Assembly: GCA_964016885.1 (NCBI GenBank)
Contig: OZ024740.1
Coordinates: forward strand, 183,148,001-183,212,000
DNA: 64,000 nucleotides
Reading direction: 5' to 3'
Source of the DNA: Eledone cirrhosa
Taxonomy: Eukaryota
In this document: positions 56,210 to 64,000 of the stretch, in pieces
Layout: each line of letters begins with the position of its first letter
How positions within the stretch are numbered: the stretch's first letter is position 1
The notes under the pieces: model-generated
What the model saw: only the letters and a program-made list of their open reading frames with translations
What the model was told of the DNA's origin: nothing
Databases searched by the model: none
Position numbers and translations under genes: made by a program

Positions 56210-57468
56210 AAAGTTATATTTAAATTGTTGGGTTACAACTAGTAAATATTAATAACTGATATAAAAGCACTCGACAAGTATTTGGAGTATATTTACGATA
56301 TTAAATAAATGGAAACTATATTTATAAAACCATATTTATTTCGTTATATATATTTCAGGGATATCATATTAACAATATGCTATGCCTTCCTCAGACAAAA
56401 TACAATATAAACAGTTTTATAGATAATAGATTTGACATACCGTACAACATCGACTTGTATTTGAAAAGTTGAATTGGCAGTGAAAAAATTGTAAACAGAA
56501 AGAAAGAAAGAAAGAAAAAAGGAAAGAAAGACAGAAAACGAAGAAAAAGAAGAAAAAGAAGAAATGCATGGAACAAAATAGAGAGATGGAAAGATAGATA
56601 AAGAGAAGAACTTCATGTAAAGAAACAGAGAGAGATATATATAGAGAGAGGAAATAGATAGAGATAGATATATATATAGAAAATATGTAGTTGGACATCC
56701 GTTGAGTAAACGTATCAATGATACATTTATTTATTTATTTATTTATTTAGCTCTAGTATTAATGTAAGGGAGATATATGTGGTTAGGAGAGAAACCAGCT
56801 GTTATATAGAGAGAAAAATGAAAAGTAACCAGACATAGGCGAGGCATAAAAACCCTATGTTTTAATGTAGAAGTATTAATATGTATAAAAAATATGTATA
56901 AAAACCAGGCACTATATTGAAAATATCAGTATTCCTGAATTAGACACGTATCCATAATGTGTGAAAAGTATCTTATGTTTAGTTTTAAAAAATTCATATG
57001 TTTATATGATAACTACAAACATCGATGTGAATTTACATGATCAACTCTGCAAACCCTAAGTTCGCACGGAAAACATTCTCATTGTGCTATAAAAATTTAA
57101 GTATACACATATGTGTATATATATACACATATATATATAGAGTCTATATTACTACTATTCTTGTCTTTACTCTACAAGATTATCTATCAAGCAGAAATAG
57201 AGAGCAGATTTCAATATATTACTAAAAAATATATCAGAAATAAAAACCAAAAAACAACAATAATAATAATAATGAAGTTCTTCTCTCTTTATCTATCTTT
57301 CCATCTCTCTATTTTGTTCCATGCATTTCTTCTTTTTCTTCGTTTTCTGTCTTTCTTTCCTTTCTTCTCTCTTTCTTTCTTTCTGTTTACAATTTTTTCA
57401 CTGCCAATTCAACTTTTCAAATACAAGTCGATGTTGTACGGTATGTCAAATCTATTTATCTATAAAAC
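56210..57468 (-). mobile_element. PLE pseudo-LTR region with an inverted duplication (~56410-56615 vs ~57271-57468)
   Basis: TTTGACATACCGTACAACATCGACTTG mirrored by CAAGTCGATGTTGTACGGTATGTCAAA; HHR at 56339-56400. Confidence 0.7.
56339..56400 (-). ncRNA. Type I hammerhead ribozyme
   Basis: Minus: TTTTGT-CTGAGGA-AGGCATAGCATATT gtt AATATGATATCCCT-GAAA-TATAT-ATA-ACGAAA. Confidence 0.75.
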
Positions 57469-58720
57469 TGGTGGTGCAGCGACTGCATCAACTGGATCCC
57501 GACACCAGAAAAGCTAACAGATATGCCTACAGCCTTGATGTAGTCGCTCTTTATACCTCGACTCCGGCGCTCCCGGCCGTTGATATACTGATGGAACGTG
57601 TCCAATCTACCGATCTACACTGCTTCGGGCTCACCCCCACTGACATCCACCAACACCTATCCGTCGTCGTTGAAAACACATAGTTCGGTTTTCTCGACCA
57701 AACATACCAGCAAACCACGGGGCTGCCCCTGGGCTCAAGCCTGTCGGGCGTGCTAGCGATCTCATATATGGACAGCGTCGAGCGCTAGGCACTCAACACC
57801 TGCCACCCTAATGCCGTCACCTTTTTCGCAAGGTACTTTGACGATATCCTGATGCTCACATCTTCCCAGGAGATGGCGAATGGAATTTATGAAACGTTCA
57901 ACAACACCGACGAGAATATTGATTTCAGTGTTGAACACTCCAGCGACGACGGGTCTCTAGCTCTCCTCGACTTCCGAATCAATATCACGAAGCAGGGAGG
58001 GATCCACACCAACTTCTACAGCAAGGCAGCCTGCAGGGAATTGTTCGTGCACTACAAGTCTGCCCTCCCTAAAAGTGCTAAAAGAGGATACATCACGAAC
58101 GAGATCACGCGGATTAAAAACAGATGCAGCGATTCCGTGAGTGGTGTCACCCACACCAAGCGATTCCTCAAATTGCTGGAGACGAACGGGTACCCTGCCT
58201 CGCTTGCAAACAGAGTAAGAGACACCAAACGCATGAGGCAGAGAAACACCCAAGGCAAGTGCTTCTTTAAAATACCACACCTGGACAGGAATACGACCAA
58301 CGCTATACGGAGAGAGGGCCTCGACATCCACCTGGCCCACACGGGCCCCTCCCTACGAAGATGTCTCTCCAGGAAACCCGGGAAATCGACTGACGCGTGT
58401 TCCCTCAGAAACTGTCCGATGCGCCATACGAACTCTTGCTTACGCACATACGTCGTGTATAAGGTAGAATGTGACAAGTGCAACCACTACTATATCGGTA
58501 GCACAATCCGGCCGCTACACATCCAGGTCAAGGAGCACATCAACACCAGGGCCTCGTCTTTCTGGAAATACATAACCAAATGGGGAAACAAAGACGGAAG
58601 ACCCATTGTCACAGTGCTAGCGAAAGAACGTAAAGTCGGCACGTTACGAATCAAGGAAGCACTTTGGATCAAACGTCTAGGGCCACAAATAAAAAATCGA
58701 TCCGAAAGAATCGAAATGAG
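57469..58720 (+). pseudogene. Penelope-like RT plus GIY-YIG ORF with in-frame stops
   Basis: SLDVVALYTS, YQQTTGLPLGSSLSGVLA, FARYFDDI, LALLDF, NGYP, VVYKVEC..C..YYIGSTIRPL, LRIKEALWIK. Confidence 0.9.
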
Positions 58721-58721
58721 G

Positions 58722-60833
58722 TGGTTGGAGCAGAGCTCCAACCAGACAGAGAGTCACCTGGTGGTGGAACAGCACAGTAGATAAGACCATTAGAGACAAA
58801 AGACTAGCATGGAAGGCTCGGAAAAAGGGTGGGAGTTGGGAAGGATATACAGCCGCTCAGAGAGAAGCTAGAAGTCAGGTGTATTTAGCACGCAGGGAGG
58901 CTGAGAGTAGGAGGTTTGCCAATGTTCTGCGACGGGAAGATCAGAGGCGTGCGGTGTTCCACATTGCAAGGCAGTGTGTCAATGCAACTCAGGATGTTGT
59001 TGGAGATAAATGTGTCCGGAATGATGCCGGTGTACTTAGTGTCACGAATGAACAGGAAAAGTAGGCCTGGAAATGTCATTATGAGAGACTGATGAATGTG
59101 GAGAACGAATGGGGGAGAGAGAAATTAACCTCAGTATATCCGAGAGAGGGACCAGTTATAAAGATTGACGAATATAGGGTCCAAGAGGCAATTAAGGAAA
59201 TGAAAACTGGTAAGGCTGCTGGACCATCGGGGATAGTTGCTGAGATGCTGAATGCATCAGGGGACGTAGGCACTAAACTGGTTGCACGCATCATCAATCA
59301 GGCTATATATGGTGGTGTCATACCCAAAGACTGGTGCAGCAGTATTCTCATAAATTGCTACAAATGTAAAGGGGATGCTCTGGAGAGCAGCAATTATAGG
59401 GGTATAAAATTGATGGATCAGGTTATGAAAGGGGCAGAAAGGATATTAGCACAACTAATTTGAGAAAGGGTCAAACTAGATGAGATGCAGTTTGGTTTTG
59501 TGCCTGGGAAGAGTACAACAGATGCTCTCTTCTGGGTGAGGCAATTACAAGAGAGTTTCTTAGAGAAAAATAAGCCACTATACATAGCCTTTGTTGACCT
59601 AGAGAAGGCCTTTGATAGGGTAACACTATCTGTCATCTGGTGGGCCCTAAGGAAACTAGGTGTTGAGGAATGGCTTGTGAGGACAGTGCAAACTTTGTAC
59701 AGAGGTACTATCAGTAAAGTCAGGGTAGGAATGTAGTTTATTGAGGAATTCCAGATTCAACTAAGTGTACATCAAGGTTCGCTTCTCAGCCCGCTCTTGT
59801 TCATTATAGTCCTCCAAGCCATAACATAGGAGTTTTTGACTGGCTGTCCATGGGAACTTCTCTATGCTGACAATCTGGCGCTTATAGCAGAATCAGTAGA
59901 GGAGCTAGAGAATAAATTATGTCTATGGAAACAGCAGTTGGAATCAAGAGGACTGACAGTGAACATAACTAAGACAAAAGTGTTATTGTGTAGAAAAGAG
60001 GGCCAAAACTCTAATTCCGTCAGGGAAATGGCCATGTTCGATATGCAGAAAAGGAACTGGCATGAATTCTATAAAATGCACACCATTCAGATCCTGGGTA
60101 CACAAGAGATGTAGTGGGATAGCAGGCAAACTAATAGGTAGGGAGAAATACGTATGCAGTAGATGTACAGGGAAATTAGACAATAGAAGTCGCATTAATA
60201 GACACATTTTTCAAATGCAGGCGGGTGCTATAGAAGTGGTGGAGAGCTTCAGGTACCTAGGGGATTAGATAAGCATGGGAGGGTGGTGTTCCGAGGCCAT
60301 ACTATCTAGAATAAGGACGGGTTGGAAGAAGTTTAGGGAGCTGCTTCCTCTGCTGATGAAGAAGGGTTTCTCCCTGCGTACGAAAGGCCTGTTATATGAT
60401 GCCTGTGTGATGCGCTGTTATATGATGCGCGATGCTGCATGGTAGTGAGACATGGTCAGCAACTGAAGAGGATATATGGCGGCAGGAGAGAAATGAGGCA
60501 AGCATGCTCCGTTGGATGTGCACTGTCAATGTGCGTGAACGACTCAGCATGAAAGTGTTGAGAGAGAAATTGTATCTGAGAGGGATAGAATGTAGTGTGG
60601 GAGAGAGGAGACTGAGGTGGAATGGACATGTGATGCGCATGGAGGACGACCTATGGGTGTAGAAATGCGAGGAAATGCCAGTTGAAAGAAGACGTGGTGA
60701 GAACAGACCTCAGATCGCTGAAGCTCACGGAGGAGATGACGAAGGACCGTGACAAGTGGAGAGATGCTGTGCTAAAGAAAACACATCCCACCCTTGCAAT
60801 TAAAGAGCGGACGTAAAATGATGATGATGATGA
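58722..60833 (+). mobile_element. Decayed RTE-type LINE RT with an (ATG)n tail
   Basis: KAAGPSGI, NYRGIKL, QFGFVPGKSTTDA, FVDLEKAFDRV, LLYADN, FRYLG, RLRWNGHV; the 3' end is re-copied inverted at ~60864-60894. Confidence 0.9.
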
Positions 60834-60907
60834 TATATATATATATATAAATATATATATATATCATCATCAACATCATTTTACGTCCGCTCTTATATAT
60901 ATATATA

Positions 60908-61025
<118 letters not shown>

Positions 61026-61029
61026 AATA

Positions 61030-61715
61030 TATATGAATAAAGTTAGTCCTTCATCAGTGCTCTTCCAACCATCATTGGTATTTCATCGCTTTAAAGACCA
61101 TATACCTCCGGTTGGTGTGTGCAGCGGCTAAAAAAAGTCGTTGGGACACGTAATTAAAGGGGACACGAGTGTAAACAAACAAAATGGTGAAGCAACGAAA
61201 AGTAAGGAAGAAGGAATCAAGTCCCAAATTTCTATGAATTTAAATTCAGTGAAATCGTGAACGAGAGAGAATAAAGACCATCAAACCTGGTTGGAATGTA
61301 AGCAAGGAGGGAATTTCGTACAGGTCTAACGGGAGGAAGAAGGGATCTAGTCTGTGATTTCGGTGAACGTAAGTTCTGTGAAATCGTAGACAAGAGAGAG
61401 AGAAAAAAAGCGACTTGCCAGACCAAGGGGGCGAAAGAAAAGAATTACGCACAGGTCAAACGGGAAGAAGGAGGTGGAGGAGAGGTAGTAACAGAGAATA
61501 AGTGAGTGAAGGGTGAGGAAGAGGCTAACAGAGAGAGTGACTGCTAGAGAGGGTAAAGTTACAGAGAAAGAGGAAGCAGTAAGAACGAAATAGACGTGTA
61601 ACAGCGGGGAAAAAATATGTGTAAATATGAGAAAAACGTGCTGCGGGGTTGCTAATGTGTTACATATGAATAAAGTTAGTCCTTCATTAGCAACCACGCA
61701 GCACGTTTTTCTCAT
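61030..61715 (-). mobile_element. Non-coding terminally redundant element related to 15105-15257
   Basis: ATATGAATAAAGTTAGTCCTTCAT at ~61031 and ~61664; shares CCAACCATCATTGGTATTTCATCGC with ~15182; inverted piece at 61625-61655 vs 61684-61715. Confidence 0.6.
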
Positions 61716-61727
61716 ATAAATATATAT

Positions 61728-61776
<49 letters not shown>

Positions 61777-62034
61777 TATTTATAAATATATATATATATA
61801 TAAATATATTTATATATATATAAATATATTTATATATATATAAATATATATATATATTGTTATGCTTTGGGAGGGTCATGTTGCCAATAAGAATCACACG
61901 CACCAGTTGCTTTCACTTCAATTTATTATATATTTATAAATTTACAAATCTACAAACTTATAAATTTCTGGTTGGTTGGTTGGTCCCACACACGATTTCA
62001 GATAAAGAATCTTGCTAAACAAATTCAGAAACGA

Positions 62035-62066
<32 letters not shown>

Positions 62067-62074
62067 AATATATG

Positions 62075-62112
<38 letters not shown>

Positions 62113-62155
62113 TATATATAAATATAAATATATATATAAATATATATATAAATAT

Positions 62156-62186
<31 letters not shown>

Positions 62187-62245
62187 AATATATATATAAA
62201 TATATATATAAATATAAATATATATATAAATATATATATAAATAT

Positions 62246-62276
<31 letters not shown>

Positions 62277-62357
62277 AATATATATATATATAAATATATA
62301 TATATATAAATATATATATATATAAATATATATATAAATATATATATATATATAAAT

Positions 62358-62442
<85 letters not shown>

Positions 62443-62445
62443 AAT

Positions 62446-62476
<31 letters not shown>

Positions 62477-62511
62477 AATATATATATATATAAATATATA
62501 TATATATAAAT

Positions 62512-62542
<31 letters not shown>

Positions 62543-62669
62543 AATATATATATATATAAATATATATATATATAAATATATATATATATAAATATATATA
62601 TATATAAATATATATATAAATATATATATATATAAATATATATATATATAAATATATATATATATAAAT

Positions 62670-62700
<31 letters not shown>

Positions 62701-62703
62701 AAT

Positions 62704-62734
<31 letters not shown>

Positions 62735-63532
62735 AATATATATATATATAAATATATATATATATAAATATATATATATATAAATATATATATATATAAA
62801 TATATATATATAAATATATATATATATAAATATATATATATATAAATATATATATATATAAATATATATAAATATATATATATATAAATATATATAAATA
62901 TATATATATATAAATATATATATATATAAACATATATATATATAAATATATATATATATAAATATATATATATATAAATATATATATATAAATATATATA
63001 TATATAAATATATATATATATAAATATATATATATAAATATATATATATATAAATATAAATATATATATATAAATATATATATATAAATATATATATATA
63101 AATATATATATATAAATATATATATATAAATATATATATATATAAATATATATATATAAATATATATATATAAATATATATATATATAGAAATATATATA
63201 TATAAAAATATATATATATATAAATATATATATATAAATATATATATATAAATATATATATATAAATATATATATATAAATATATATATATAAATATATA
63301 TATATATAAAAATATATATATAAATATATATATATAAATATATATATATATAAATATATATATATATAAATATATATATATAAATATATATATATAAATA
63401 TATATATATAAATATATATATATATAAATATATATATATATAAATATATATATATATGAATATATATATATAAATATAAATATATATATATAAATATAAA
63501 TATAAATATATATATAAATATATATATATATA

Positions 63533-63596
<64 letters not shown>

Positions 63597-63610
63597 TATA
63601 TATATATAGA

Positions 63611-63642
<32 letters not shown>

Positions 63643-63643
63643 A
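62035..63643. repeat. (TA)n/TAAA microsatellite
   Basis: Low complexity. Confidence 0.95.
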
Positions 63644-64000
63644 ATTGAAATCCTACGTAGGATTTCAATTTGATTTATTTTACTGCATCTCATCGTATGT
63701 ATTTATTTTGAATGTATTATCTGTGGTGGTGGGTCTTGCCTAATCTGGTATTTCTGTGTTTAATATCAGCTTTGACCCGGGTGTCCTACGCTGTGTGTGT
63801 GTGCGTGTGTGTCTGTGTATACATTTATATGTGTATGGGTGTAGGTGGTTGTATATGTCTGTATATAAAAATATATATATATGTATACCGTCTCTGCATA
63901 TGCATGTGGTGTGTATATGTGCATATACGTGCTGAACATATTGGTGTGTATAATCTTGAGATGTCCCAATGCGGTGACTTCATGATATTGGCTCTTGAAG

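Noticed and set aside
61942-63693. Long Ile/Tyr-rich ORFs (also 1215-1733, 45964-46749, 46983-47901 and others)
   Set aside because: Translations of (TA)n/(CA)n microsatellites, not genes

Overview
AT-rich, repeat-saturated eukaryotic (invertebrate, possibly cephalopod; this is an inference) intergenic DNA. I found no recognisable host gene, and most ORFs in the track are (TA)n/(CA)n artefacts. Real content: many decayed Penelope-like retroelements (PLEs: RT and GIY-YIG remnants, inverted pseudo-LTRs) sitting in TA microsatellites, three decayed RTE-type LINEs, two non-autonomous LTR elements, nested MITEs and a tRNA-like sequence. The main signal is RNA-level. (1) An ~11.7 kb array (32459-44164) of apparently identical 311-bp non-coding, highly self-complementary units each carries a minimal type I hammerhead ribozyme (HHR) with a palindromic helix III (37 intact copies). 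It is retrozyme-like and flips orientation at ~37724 to form a giant palindrome. (2) About a dozen other HHR families occur in PLE termini or small non-autonomous units. Several have A at core position 8 and long helix II inserts, and two divergent copies carry a conserved 42-45 nt intron-like segment inside helix II. All structures were read by eye, not computed.
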